NCBI GenBank assembly: GCA_964234715.1 | Contig: OZ174275.1 | Origin: Podarcis melisellensis | Taxonomy: Eukaryota | Reading direction: 5' to 3' (one strand) | Length of the DNA stretch: 64,000 nt | In this document: positions 28,521-41,559 of the stretch, piece after piece | Position numbering within the stretch: position 1 is the first letter of the stretch | Layout: every line of letters begins with the position of its first letter | Notes under the pieces: generated by a model | The model's input: the letters and a program-made list of their open reading frames with translations, nothing else | Databases searched by the model: none | Told to the model about the DNA's origin: nothing | Translations under genes and position numbers: made by a program

Positions 28521-28824
28521 TGTTATGTACTGAAGTTCTCACCCTGGGCCAGCAGGGGGATACTGTAGATAGTTATGCAAATTAAGGATTGAAAGTGACG
28601 TTCAGTGATTGGATGGATACTGTAGATAGTTATGCAAATGAAGGATCGAAAGTGACGTTCAGTGATTGGATAGTTTTAGAAAGTTGTTACAGTAACGTGG
28701 TACTGGAGCTCTATATAAGCAGGCTGACTGAGCCCTTTAGTTCAGTTCTGTTCTGGCCTCTGAATAAACAAGAGCTGTTTGAAGAATCGCCGTGTCGTCG
28801 GATTTGTTCACCCACAACTTAACA
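28521..28824 (+). mobile_element. Solo LTR (304 bp) of an LTR retrotransposon (Gypsy/BEL-type by TSD length)
   Basis: TGTTA...TAACA termini, 5-bp TSD aaagc (28516-28520, 28825-28829), TATATAA ~28712, AATAAA ~28763, internal 57-bp tandem duplication. Confidence 0.85.
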
Positions 28825-29139
28825 AAAGCTTTGATGAAAGTGATAATCTATATAGCTGTTTCTTCTAGAAGGGTTTAAAAGTTGTAGTCGGTGCAACTTT
28901 TAATTTAATTTAATTGTGTCAGATTGATGGTCAATCACTGTGCACCCCTTCTCCCACTGCACACGACTATCTTGGGGATGTAAGAAATGAATGGTATGTT
29001 GTGGCCATATCAGCCATATTATGCTATGCTGATAATAAGAAGAACAACAAAAGCCCGGTTATACACATCCAGTCCTTTACTTGATTATTAGCAGATTGAT
29101 ATCACAGTGGAGAAACATCATAAATGTAGATTGACAAGT

Positions 29140-29420
29140 AAGTGGTGGTGTTCAACATGTGATATGTCCATCATTAAACAAAAGGTTGCAATGCCTAGTA
29201 TACATGTCAGATTAGCAGATGATCTAAATTGGAGAAGAACTACAGACATTTTCAATATTGGAATAAATGAGAGAAAAATGATTTCATCAAACTGGAGTAC
29301 TATGGTGCTAAGAAAATTAAATTCAGCACTGGCAATTGGAAAAGTCACACCCATTAAAGAACCACGCAATGCACAAACATAAAATAGAGAGGATACCTGG
29401 CCAGGCAGTTTACTGAATAT
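29140..29420 (+). mobile_element. Old, degenerate CR1 LINE reverse-transcriptase fragment
   Basis: VRLADD resembles IKFADD; downstream 'aatgcacaaacataaaatagagaggatacctggccaggcag' resembles CR1 MHKYKMGDTWLGS. Confidence 0.55.
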
Positions 29421-32400
29421 GTAGGCCCACGTTAGGACCTCGATAAATAGCCTCTGGCACTGGCAGTCTGGGACATAGCCTTGTCTTTCTTCACATTCTG
29501 TTCCCATTGATTATAATCAGTGATTATTTTTGCCTAATCTTTAATCCTTGTCCTTGTTTTTCTTTCTTTTATTGCATATCTAGTTTCGTGGTTTTTTTGT
29601 TTTGTTTGTTTACATAGCCAATACATGTAATGAAAAGTGCAGGCATGAGCTGCATTTGTTTATACACAGAAGGCATTTTAAAAATTGTGCACATTGTCCT
29701 GTGCAGTTTTGTGTTCTGTCCAGAAATGATTTTTATTTTTTACAGCGCAACTCACTATTTTGCCACTTAAGGTAATGGTCCAGCTTTTTTAACCTGAAAA
29801 CAGCTTGATTCTCTGGTCATTTCCCACCAACTGCTGTCAGATTGGATACAATTGTTTTATTTTATGAGCATATAAACAGATATGAGGGTTTTCTGTTGAT
29901 TCTAGGAACTTGACAATAACAAATTGCCCTTCTACCAATTTACCATAGTATGAACAGAGAAAGTGATATTCCGGTAGCTGCCCCTTTAAAAACACCCAAA
30001 TGGTATTGAATTATCATATGTACTCTTAAATATCTCATGAGGGAATATAGGCTCTGCCAGGGAAATTACTGGAACTGTAATTGGGACAAGACTGATCTTT
30101 GCCAGAGATGAAATCCAAGAAGCCCCTAGGCCCAGGGAGTTATGTGACAGGAGCAAAGCTCATAAATACACATAACATTTGCAACTCACATGTAAAGCAT
30201 ATGTCTCATTCATTTCTATTTTTATAACGAAAACATACTGTAACTATTGGTTAATGGGGGTATTTTTTTCCCTTAAGCAAAGGCTATTTTGAAGCCCTGG
30301 AAATCATTTTGGTGAATGTGATATATTTGTTTTATGATGGCTTGTAACTGGTGTTCCCCTTCTTCCAGACAGACACAAAAGCTAAAATCTGAGTTTCCCT
30401 GGAAGCAACTGTAGTAAGATCTTTCCATTTGAGCTGATGTGAAAAAGCCATGTGTGCATTCTCTGTATTTAAAATGTTATATGGGATTTCACTCGGAAGT
30501 GAGGACTGTTTTACTGTGTCTGCTGTTAAATTTGTTGTCCTGCCTCCTTTGAAAAGCTTAGAGATTTTGCATGGTCACATTTGGTCTGATCCTACAATCC
30601 ATGTGTTCTTTTGATGCTCTCTATAGCAACTCCATGCCATGGATAGGGCCCAGGTTTCCCAGAGTCAAAAATACAGCGGTCCAAGCAGGAAACTAGTTGT
30701 AGTAATTAGCTGTGTATTAAATCTCCTGATAGTTACACATTGGCTCAGGTAAACCCATTTCCCGATATATCTTCCTTATTTCCATAATCAGCTAGCTGAA
30801 ATAATTTGATAGTGGCAATGTACCTTTAAGCCTAACCAAGGAGACTGAGACTTTGGAGAGTCTGATCTTGTGACACCTATCTTTGTGTGGTGTTTTTAAA
30901 CATTAACTGAGAATTAAATGGCAAAAATACTCTCTGTTTCGATTACTGTTAACTGGTATTTTATTGCATGTGTTAGCTTACCTTTTCCAAAGCACAGGAT
31001 GGGCAGCCTGTAATTCACCACACAAATTGTGCCCAATAAATAGCAGGGACAAGGATTCCATCTGTGTGGGGGTTTTTTGTTTTAAAAATAAAGCTTCCTC
31101 GCTTTTCAAAAAAGAGTGGCATCAGTCATACGCATATAGCACTCAAGTGCCACACACGCACAGAGTACTGCTCAGCATCTGCGAGAAAAATTGTGTGGAA
31201 ATATATGGTGCTGATTAGCTGCATTAGAACCATAGAGGAAACAAGGCAGCTCCAAAGCAATGTGGGTCATGGCTAGATGCTTTATATAACCCAGAACCAC
31301 AGAGAAAACCAAAATAGCTGCCTCCCTGCTGCTCAGCTAGTCTCCTCCATCAAGCGTGGATAAATTTAGAGCAGGCAGTGACGTTCGCCTACGTCTGCAT
31401 AGGGACTCCAGGGAGACAGAGAAAGCCAGGCTCAGGGCATTGCCATCAGTAGCACAGGCTGCCAGAGCATTCGAGCACAATCTGTCACTAGGGCAATTGT
31501 GCATGAACCCAGGAGATGGGGAAGGTAACTGAATGGTGCATAGCCATTTATGATTAAGAAACACCGTTGTATAAAAAGCTAATGGGAAAAATGAGTACTG
31601 CAGATTCACACACACAGAATATTTCCAAATTAATATGAATTTTCCTGTATCTACATCAGAATTTTATTAAATACACAGCTTGTTTAAGTCTACCCATATA
31701 AAAATAGGTTTCAAAGGCAATGACAGTGGTGAAGTGGCTAGTTTTAATCATTGTTGTCCCCTGATTATCTGCAATTGAGATATCACCTCTTTGGAATGGA
31801 TAAAGGCCTTTTTTGAAGGGGTGATGCTGTAAATTACATCTTGTTGAAAACTCAGAATAACTACACAAGAAAATGAGGTGAAAATGCCCAGGTTACAGAT
31901 GGTATTAGATATTCGGATCCATATTAAAGCATGTAAATATGCTTGAAGCTGATTTTCAGAGATGCTGGCCACGATTCTCAATGCCTTCAAAGGAGCAATG
32001 ATCAGGCTTTGGAAAACCAGGTCAAAGCTGATTTAAGGGCCTATATATGGCTGTGTATCTAACGTCAGGCTTGTGCTCTGAACACTTTGACTTTAGCTGA
32101 TTTTCAATAGCCTATGGCCCAGATTCTAATTAGAGGTGTTATTTCAGAAAAAGATCAGAATGACTTAGTGAAAAATCATAGATAGACACGCTGTGCATTA
32201 TCTAGAAGCCAAATATAGAGAGGAATCAGACACACCCAACAAATACCAGTACAACCAGTCTACATCTGTTTCTACCACATTCTTAGTTCTCCTTTCCTCT
32301 AATATTGGGTGTCCCTTACTTATTTTTGTTAGTTGTTTTCCATCCATTGAAATCAGTGCTTTCTCTCTGAACATTAAGTATATATGAAGTTTTTATGGGT

Positions 32401-32799
32401 GGCTGAGGTTACTGCATCCATATTTGCCTGGACTGGGCCAGCCTCTGAGATATTTGGAATTCAGTCTGGAGGTGGGGAGGCTGGGCCCTCTCAGCAGTAT
32501 GGGTCTACTACTGAGAGTGTCATAAGAACCTAATAATTGCCTCACTGAATTGGACTAAAAGATCTATCTTCATAAGTGGCCAACTAAATGCCCCTTCAGA
32601 AACTCGCAAGCCAAGTATGATAGAGATTCCCAGCTGTATAGTTTCAGCACCTAGCAAAGTCATGCAGCACCTGAAATCATAAGAGGTTTTATTTCTTAGC
32701 TGTCACACCCAAACTATATTTTACCCGCAGCAGCATAATTATTGATGCCGTGTGGATCCTACATCACTGTCAGTAAAATGTATAGGATAGGGATTTTCT

Positions 32800-33880
32800 G
32801 GGGGAGGAACATGGCAGACTGAACATCTTCTGTTGGTAGCTGGCCAATGGAGATAATTGCATGGTGACTGATGATAGCCAAGGCATAAATCTTGGCTATC
32901 AAATTCACTCTAGAGATAAGAATGAGCAGGAGATTAACTTCAGATGCTCTGAAAAAGTTGTTTACTACATCAGGAGACTGAGAATCTATCAGCTCCTTGG
33001 AATCTGGACAGGGTGAGTGACTTAGAGCGGATGAATCAATATCGTGCCCAAATAAGTGTTCTGAAGATCATTAGGTCGGCAAAAGCCTCCCTTTCTCTAA
33101 TTATCTTTGAGATGGGTACAATTTATAACTGAGAGGTTTCTCTGTCTGCTGGTTGAAATTTACATCTAGTGTGTGATCTACTTTCTGGCTTTAAGAAGAG
33201 TTGATCATTAAAAGACTGAAGGCTTCAGAACAAAGAGCATATTCTGGTTTTTTTAACCAATAAAGTTAAAAATTATCAATGGCGTTCCAAATGCTAATTT
33301 TTTAAATTTAAATTTTATTTTTAATTCCGTTTTCCCAACAAAAGTGTTGCCCTTAAACTGAAAGTATTTTTTCTACATCACATTTCCTCTGTGGGAAAGG
33401 AATGTAGTTTGAGAAGAGTGGCTAGGGCAATCCAACCAGATGGGTGGGGTATAAATAATAAAATTATTATTATTATTAAGAGACAATGCTGTTAAATTCT
33501 TAAGGGAGAGACTGTGAAAATCTTAAAGTAGAGACTGAATTAATAAGATCAAGAATACTCAGTACGGCAAATACATCGTTGGACATTCCATTGACCTTTG
33601 GCATTTTTCAGCAATTGTTTGATGAGCAAATAAAAGAGATTAGAGCTGAGCTTGATGAAATGGTGAATGAAAGCAGACCAGAGAAGGATGAAATGGAAAG
33701 TGAAATTAAAGAGAACACAGAGACTTTGAAGAACATTATGGATGAAGGATTGTCAGAACAGGAGGGTGAAATGGTAGAGGCAACAGTTGGTGAAATGGAG
33801 AAGTTTTTCACACAGGTGTTTAAAGGAATTAAACAGTCAAATGACGGAGTTACTTCCAATATTGTTACTTCCAATATTAA
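32800..33880 (+). mobile_element. Possible L1/Tx1 5' region with ORF1-like acidic coiled-coil remnant
   Basis: Starts GGGGGAGGAACATGGC; open frame 33504-34022 is E/K/M-rich and heptad-like (FQQLFDEQIKEIRAELDEM...EIKENTETLKNIM). Confidence 0.35.
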
Positions 33881-34924
33881 CACTGCTGGTTCTCAGAGCA
33901 AGGCAGCACATAATTACTATCCTTCATATTTTACTGACAGTTGTGTGACAGCAGGCATGGCGCAGAAGTTCCCATACCATTGTTGGCAGCCTGTGTATCA
34001 GATAATAGCTACAGTCCCATGAATTTGCCTTTTGTTTGTTTGTTTGTAAAGGTATAGAAATTGTTGTGCAGAGTTGGATGACCTCAGGCTCTAGTCGTGT
34101 GTTTTTGTGTGTGCCAGCACACGCATACACTCTCTCCCTATTAACCCTCTTCATGCTGCTCTGTCCATTGCTGTTCTCGTTAGTCATCTTTTTTCCTAAA
34201 CTAAAAGCCCCAACCTCTTTTTAGTCTTTCCTTGGAGGGAATTGTTTCCCATGGTGAATATGCACATTTCTTGGTGCAGCTGTCTCTTATCTCAAACAGA
34301 GGTGGGTTTTTTTAGGGGGTGGGGATTGAAATGATAATACCTGCAACATTTGTTTACTTCAGGTGAAAGTAAGATAAGTGTCAGTCCCACATGCAATGGC
34401 TTTTTTTTCTTTCAAACAAACATAAATTTTTGGCAGGGGCTGTATTGACAAAGCTATTGTCTGTCTCCCAGCCTGTATCAGTCAGAGTGCTAAAAAAAAC
34501 AAAATTTGCAACCAACTGGGTCCTGTGATTTCAAGTACTCTGTTACATTTGCTGGTGGAAAAAAGCAGCAATAGAATTATTCATACAGTACAGCCTAATT
34601 TAGCCAAGGGTCTTTCCAGGCACTACACTTTTCCCGGAGGAAGGGGAGAAAACAGACCTCACGACCATCACTAATTCACCCAGACAATGTCACCTAGCAA
34701 GTTCTTCCATTGTGGAGGAATTGCTGCTTCCCAGCACTCAATCTACTAAATGCAGTTGCTGGGAAACTGCTATTCCTGCTTGAGAAAGTGTGAATATCAT
34801 GTTTGTATGGCTGTGAGGACAGTGTTCCTGTTTTACTTATTTATAAAACCTATACTCCGCTGCATGGTTCTGTCGACATGCAAGGCAGCTTATAGATAGC
34901 ATGAGATGCAGTAAAATACAATAC

Positions 34925-34926
<2 letters not shown>

Positions 34927-34972
<46 letters not shown>
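34927..34972. repeat. (CA)n microsatellite, ~23 units
   Basis: Read directly. Confidence 0.97.
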
Positions 34973-34975
<3 letters not shown>

Positions 34976-35866
34976 TAAAAAGTAGCCAAGAGTTTAAAAT
35001 ATTAAGAGCATAAAAACAACACACCAGCAACAACAAAGCCCTGGAATAGAAGCAGAATCTTTAGAGATTCTCATTTATTTTACTTTAGTTTATTTTCACT
35101 AGACGGTGGCATAAGCTTTGGTCCTTCAATATTATAAAGAGGAACTGGAGAATATGAATGCTTCACTCCTATTGCCTTCTGCACATAACTTCTTAGCAAA
35201 TTTGATCCCTAAACCCCAAAATAAACTCTCTATGGTATCTGGTACTTCCTGCACAATGGGGAAGCAGAAGCCCATTATATGAATGAACAGCACCCTGTCT
35301 ATGTTGGCATCCAAGGGGAATTCAATGTTGATAATTGCACTGGAAATCCCCACAACTTCAGTGGTCTGTCTGGCTGACTCAGATTTGAAGAAAAAAACAG
35401 CCATCAGGATGTCTGTATGCTACCTGCATCAGGGCACAAACTCTTCATATCTTCTGTATCAATGGTAATTTGAGAGGTTTCCAGGTCTCCCCCATCCAGA
35501 CCAAAGGCAGTGTTAACCTTGCAGTGTTAACCAAAGGCTGTGTTATGGTCACTGAGGGCTTTAACTGCACAGTTAATGTGTGGCCTGCTGCATTGTGTGT
35601 GGGTTTTTGGAACACAGTGCTTGGGGAAGGTGAGGTTTAACCATTTACTCTCCTGCCACAATCCTGAGAAATACTGTCCCTCAGCCTCAAAAACCTTGCC
35701 GCCTCTGGAATGCCCTGCCCACACTTTTGCATGGTGGAAGGAGAAACTTCACACTGGTGGAGTGAATATTTTTTTAAAAAATAATCAGAAAAACAATATT
35801 TATTGGTTTTTAAACAAATACAACGACCATTAAACACTTATCTACATCTAGATAGATGTACATCTA

Positions 35867-36078
35867 CAGTGGTACCTCGGGTTACTGACGCTTCAGGTAA
35901 CAGACTCCGGTAATCTAGAAATAGTACCTCAGGTTAAGAACTTTGCTTCAGGATGAGAACAGAAATCGTGCGGCGGTGGCAGGCCCCATTAGCTAAAGTG
36001 GTACCTCAGGTTAAGAACAGTTTCAGGTTAAGAACGGACCTCTAGAACAAATTAAGTTCTTAACCCGAGGTACCACTG
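35867..36078. mobile_element. Tc1/mariner (Tigger-like) MITE
   Basis: Perfect 18-bp TIR CAGTGGTACCTCGGGTTA / TAACCCGAGGTACCACTG; TA TSD; internal 'caggttaagaac' repeats. Confidence 0.9.
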
Positions 36079-36080
36079 TA

Positions 36081-36560
36081 CTGGTGTTTCTTTTATCCAT
36101 TGTCTCTAGACATACACTTACACATTCAGTGTTCCACCTTAACGTAACCTCTCCACTGAGAATATTGAGCTGTTGGAATAACAAGATCTTGATTTTGGTC
36201 ATTAACATAGTTAAAGAAGGGGAACCACATTTCTTGGAAGGAAGGATTTGGAGAAGGGGGTTGGCCTGTAACTGAGGATATAATGGAGAATACTCCATTC
36301 CAAAAATTTTGAACATGGGGGCATTCCCACCAAACATGAATAAATGAACCAAGCTTTCCACAGTTCTTCCAACATAAAGGGGAAGGGTGGGATTGACTGG
36401 TGTCCAGTGCCATCAGAGGATAACCTTCGTGAAAGGACTCTTGCACCACTCCAGTGGCAGCCAATGGGAGGCTGCTTTAGCTGGGCAGAGGAACACCTCA
36501 GCCCAATCTGCCGCCACCCCATCCAGCACGGCACAAAGTTCTTCTTTGGATTCCTCTGCC
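36081..36560 (-). mobile_element. L1/Tx1-clade LINE ORF2 C-terminal fragment (degenerate)
   Basis: CWKNCGKLGSFIHVWWECPHVQNFW (CCHC knuckle), preceded in another frame by KVIL*WHWTP (cf. L1 K..YRWYLTP). Confidence 0.8.
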
Positions 36561-37205
36561 CCTTGATTGATTGATTGATTGATTGCTTCCCAAAGTAATT
36601 TAGCAATAAAAACTCATGTAAAAACAATTTCAAATCCAATACCAGTGCAGGCTGGGATAGTAAAAATGTTTAATCAGTGCTATAACACTCTTTCATTTAA
36701 GTGCTATTGTATGCGTTTTTAAGGGGGGGAGGATTTTTAACACTCGGGGGTTTTTTGCACCCCTAAGTAAATTAAGTTTTGTTTCCCTCTGCCCATTTGT
36801 GGTTTGTGTCTCTGTAGTGGTGACCTCTAGGGAATGCTCCATGACCCAAGGGGGAGGAATACCAGTGCATAGGGTTGCTGGGTGCTGACTCTCTTAAAAT
36901 TACACAAGTCCTCTTAATAGACGCTTGCTGTGAAAGTTGCATGCAGTGAGAGGTGTGCTTCATCCCATTACAGGGCTGCAGTGTTCAGAATTCAGCAGCT
37001 GGTGGAATTTTCTTCTCTCTGCAGCTCTTAAATATAGATCTTTTTCAGGGACACACTGCCCAATCCTAGCTCCCCCGTTGCATACTTTGGTCCAGAGCCA
37101 AACTTAACACGAAGTTATGGGCTTTTACGCTCAAGTTCCATGGACTGGCTGCTGTTGTCTTCCTCCAGCATGGAAAATGAGCTGTTGTCCAGAAGCATGC
37201 ATATA

Positions 37206-37309
37206 CCATATTTACACAAATCTAACACTGCATCGAATCTAATGTGCACCCTAATTTTTGTGACGTAATTTGGCCAAAGAAGGTGTGCATTGCCTTCGAG
37301 TAAATACGG
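37206..37309. mobile_element. Short Tc2/pogo-like MITE
   Basis: TA-CCATATTTAC...GTAAATACGG-TA termini. Confidence 0.6.
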
Positions 37310-38861
37310 TAGCTGCTTTTGCACGTACAGTACACCAAAAGTGTGGAGCTCTACACAAAGTATGAATTATCACAGAAATATATATTTCTATCCTCCAGTT
37401 CTGGCTCCTGGATTACTCAAAGAGCAATTTCTGGTTAGCTGGCCCTGGCAACCCTAGGAAGTGTATGGGAAAGACCACACCAGCACTAATAGCTTTATCC
37501 ACACTTCCTCTTGTTCCGCTGCTTTCCTTCTTGGAGCAGATGGCGATTTGGGCTTTCTCCAGATTGACATTTGCTCTGATTGAGTACTAAAGAGAGGGTT
37601 TTCCCCAGGAATGGAGTGGGACAAGGGGGAACTGCTCAGACTCATGCCTAGAAAGTGTGGGTCAAGTGGAAAACTGCTCTGGCCCATGTTTCTAGGCAGA
37701 AGACAAACAGAATGGTGGATGATTCCTGATCCCTAAATTGATGGCATTCCAACAGTAATGAACACATTTAATGTTACAGCAGGCCTTTTTATTCGACTTT
37801 CTTTTGTTTCTAGATTTTCTTTTGTAGTTATAGCTGTAGTTTTATTTTGCTGTGTTAGCAGGTGGTTAGTTCATGAATAAAAATAATGTGTGCACTGCAC
37901 ACACACATCTAGGCTGCCTGTGAAGTCCAGCCTGCTGCATTTATCACACTTGTCTTCTGGGTTTAGATAGTCGATAGTCCTGCAAGTGCTTATTAACTGC
38001 CTAAAACACAGGGACCCTTCATAGGCATTAGAGGAACAACTTACCTATGTAAATTTTCCCAAATCAGCAGAAGCTCTTCTTCAGGATAGCACCACAGATC
38101 AAAAGACTGACTATGCTAAGTCAACCAAGGATGCTGGCCATTTTCCTGTGTCAAACCACCTTATTGCCTAACGTGCCTCCTTTGCAAAATGTTTTTGATG
38201 GCTTTAATCCATGGTGCCATATTAACAGCAAGTTCCCTTTTTTCCATGTCCTCGAGGGCATTTTGAACCTCAAACCAACCAAGCTGGTGAGTCTAGCCCT
38301 TCTTACGGAACTTCAGAATGCAGAAGTACCCACATCTGGTCTAAGTCACACTTATTGTGGTCTGGATGAGGCACCAAATCCTGCAGAAGTCTTACTTTAG
38401 AAAAGATATTAATACTGCCTCACTCCATGTGCCAGTCGGCTTTTTTTGGTGGGGTGGGGGGCCAGGACAAGTGCCTTCCTCTTGTGCTGGGAGGAAAGGG
38501 GACTTCCTGTGCTCATTCAGTGCTTCCCATTCCTACCTTTTTGCACACTGGTCTCATGCTGACTCAGTCTTTATCAAGCCAACTTCCCCCTTCCTTCAAC
38601 CCCCTGCCCCACAACAGACATACAGCGCTAGGGAATCTTAAGGCATTAAGATGTCCTGATTTTGAAGTATTGTATTTGCTCCATTGTCTAGGCCAGTGGT
38701 TCCCAAACATTTTCTCCTACCACTTGCAAGCAAGACGTCAGGCAGGCTTGTGGCCTTGTAGGAATCAAGACTGGTTTGGCAGTGTTCCATTTGCCCTAAT
38801 GGATCAGCCAAGTTTACTGCAGCCAAGTAAACATCCAAGAGATGGGGTTCCATTTATTGTA

Positions 38862-39324
38862 CAGTGGTACATTGGTTCTCAAATGCCTTGGTATTCGAAC
38901 AGCTTGGAACCCAAACTCTGAAAACCCGGAAGTGTTCCAGTTGGTGAACTTTTTTTGGAAGCCGAACGTGCTTCGTTTTGAGTGTTATGCTTCTGTTTTG
39001 AGTGCCACACTTCCATTTTTGTGTTTGTGTTAGTGCGGCTCTTTTTTTGGTTTTTGTGACTGTGTGGAACCCAGTTCAGCTACTGATTGATTTGGTGACT
39101 GCAGTACATTGTTTATTGCTTTCATTTTATGGATCAATGGTCTCGTCAGATAGTAAAATTCATGTTAAATTGCTGTTTCAGGGCTTGTTTTTAGAAGTCT
39201 GGAACAGATTAATTCATTTTGCATTACTGTACTTTCCATAGGAAAGTGTGTCTTGGTTTTGGAACGCTTTGGTTTTGGAACGGACTTCTGGAACAGATTA
39301 AGTTTTAGAACCAAGGTACCACTG
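38862..39324. mobile_element. Tigger-like non-autonomous DNA transposon
   Basis: TIR CAGTGGTACATTGGTTCT / AGAACCAAGGTACCACTG; TA TSD. Confidence 0.85.
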
Positions 39325-39402
39325 TAATAGCCAAGCAACGTGTCTGACAGCACAATCCCAGACATGTCCATTCCAAAGTAAATCCTACTGAGTTGGGTAG
39401 AG

Positions 39403-39538
39403 CAGTGTTTCCCAACCTTGGGCCTCCAGCTGTTTTTGAACTACAATTCCCATCATCCCTGACCACTGGTCTTGCTAGCTAGGGATTATGGGAGTTGTAG
39501 TCCAAAAACAGCTGGAGGCCCAAGGTTGGGAAACACTG
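39403..39538. mobile_element. Palindromic hAT MITE (136 bp)
   Basis: Near-complete fold-back CAGTGTTTCCCAACCTTGGGCCTCCAGCTGTTTTTG... / ...CAAAAACAGCTGGAGGCCCAAGGTTGGGAAACACTG; perfect 8-bp TSD gggtagag. Confidence 0.92.
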
Positions 39539-41559
39539 GGGTAGAGCTTATTCTCAGGTGTAAATCCCCACCCACCAGTTTAGGACTGGTCCTTTACATA
39601 CCCCTTAGAAGTAATCTAGTTATAGGTTAATGCTAGAAAAAGTGAGTTTGGGATCTTTTGTGTTAAGATTCTAGAAACAGTCCTGAGGGAACAACAGACC
39701 TGTGTATTGGAGTTGTTAAATTTTGGTTCTTCTTTTCTCTCAATCTGTAAATTTTCTATATAAAGGTTTCGAGAGGTTTTTGTGGCTTGTTTTTTGTTTC
39801 TGTTTTGTAATGAAGTCATAAATCACCTGTATTCTGATCCTTCCTTCTTAGGGAGGCAATTTTATTATTTCTTCTCAGTTCCTGAGAGTGAAATACTGGT
39901 AATTTAGTCTCCCATATTGACTACTACTGCAGCTAGCCCATCTGAACTGTGGTGTTCCTTTTCAGAAGCCTTGAATGAGGAGACTGACAGATGGGAGCAT
40001 GATAGCTGGAACATGCTATCTCTCTTCATGTGCCGTATTAAGATTGTCCCAAGTCCTGGAATCAAAAATTATTATAAAAATGAAACCATGACCTTTCTTA
40101 GCTCATGAGCAGCAAAAGCATGAATGACTACTTATTCAGTCATTTGTAGCATCTTCAGTGGAGACAGGCTGCAAAATGTGTAATATGAAATCTAATCAGA
40201 AGAATTGTTCGATCCTCAGTTGTGTTGAGTTCTACACTTCTCTTTCTGACCTAATATGTATCTTGCAGACTAAATTCTATCATGTTCATTTCCCTATCAA
40301 AACCAATTTAACCTTGCACCAGGTGCAGGAAATGGAGTGGTGGTAGTTTGCTTCAATACAAAAATTATTTTCATGTTCGCTTTTAGTTGATTTTGGCCAA
40401 CATCCTACAAAGCCATGTGCATATGCAGCTGGTGGTGTCTTTGAAGTTAACATGGCTGAATAAGCAAGCTTATTTTAAGATGAATAGCAACTTGCCAGTT
40501 TGACCATGAACAGAAACTTCAAAGATGATTTCTGGCTGTACCTATACATATCTCCTGTCATATGCACATACACTTTGTACGATTGGACAACTATGACTTT
40601 TTAAAAACTCCTTGTGCCAAGCCTAGAACAAAAAATAAACTCACTAAGAGAGATATACAGTACATTAACTGAAAGCATGCTTCCATACATGGACCTTTAA
40701 ACCAGTGCAAAGTGCAGTTCACATGCAGTCCTGGTGTCTGGTTATACACATGGTGGGGCACATAAATTTGGGCTTGCACAATATTCATATACCATGAAAA
40801 AGTGTGCTTGGGATTTATGAGCACGGCCTGCACTTGTACTTAGGCACACAGATCCCAGTTCTCTGTTTACATTAAAGGTTCTATACATGGTCAAAGGCCA
40901 TGCACAAGTCTGAAATTGGTTCTTCTATTATATATAAATAATCCGCACACTTAGGTTGTGCATTAATCGTCCCAGGGTCAATGCAGAATTTCACACTTTA
41001 TTGATAAAAGCTATACAGAGACATACGTTTGCCAACACTATCTTATAATACGTAGTTTTCTTCTTCTGAATGTTGGCTTAACTTAGCTTTAAAAAAAGAC
41101 ATACGTGCAAGGAGTGGGTACTGCTTATGCAAAATCAGTGGCTACTAGATGCAGAAGAAGTATACGGATATGCTATGTCACATTAAAAACATAAGATGGG
41201 GATAAGAATCAGTAGTGTGTGGCACCGACTTTATGGAACAAGCTCTTTATAGAAAGACTGCTAAGGAAGATGCTAATCAAGCATATTGACTTCAGTCTTG
41301 GTGTTATGGTGTCCTCTTCTCACACAGCCTTCTGCCTGTTATGGCAGGCAAGACTCTTCAAAGCTAGGTTTGTGTATGTTAGTGGTCTGCAACACTAGGC
41401 AGGTGTTGTTAAACGGGTTGCTTTTTCTAGAACACAAACTGGCAATCCCTTGACTTCAACAGATGCCATTTCCTTTCCAATGGTGGCACAAACTATAATG
41501 TGTGCCTATGCAGCTTCCAGGCTACTTAGTATTTTAGTTAATGTTCCATTTAACAGAAG

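Noticed and set aside
29746-29771. 26-nt micro-exon-like segment (ttttttacag|...AAG|gtaatg) and a similar one at 24429-24459
   Set aside because: Splice-like signals are common by chance; no consistent gene model, and the second overlaps a MITE relic
32872-32901. 11-bp perfect stem tgatagccaag/cttggctatca
   Set aside because: Short, inside a probable LINE 5' relic; no independent evidence of function
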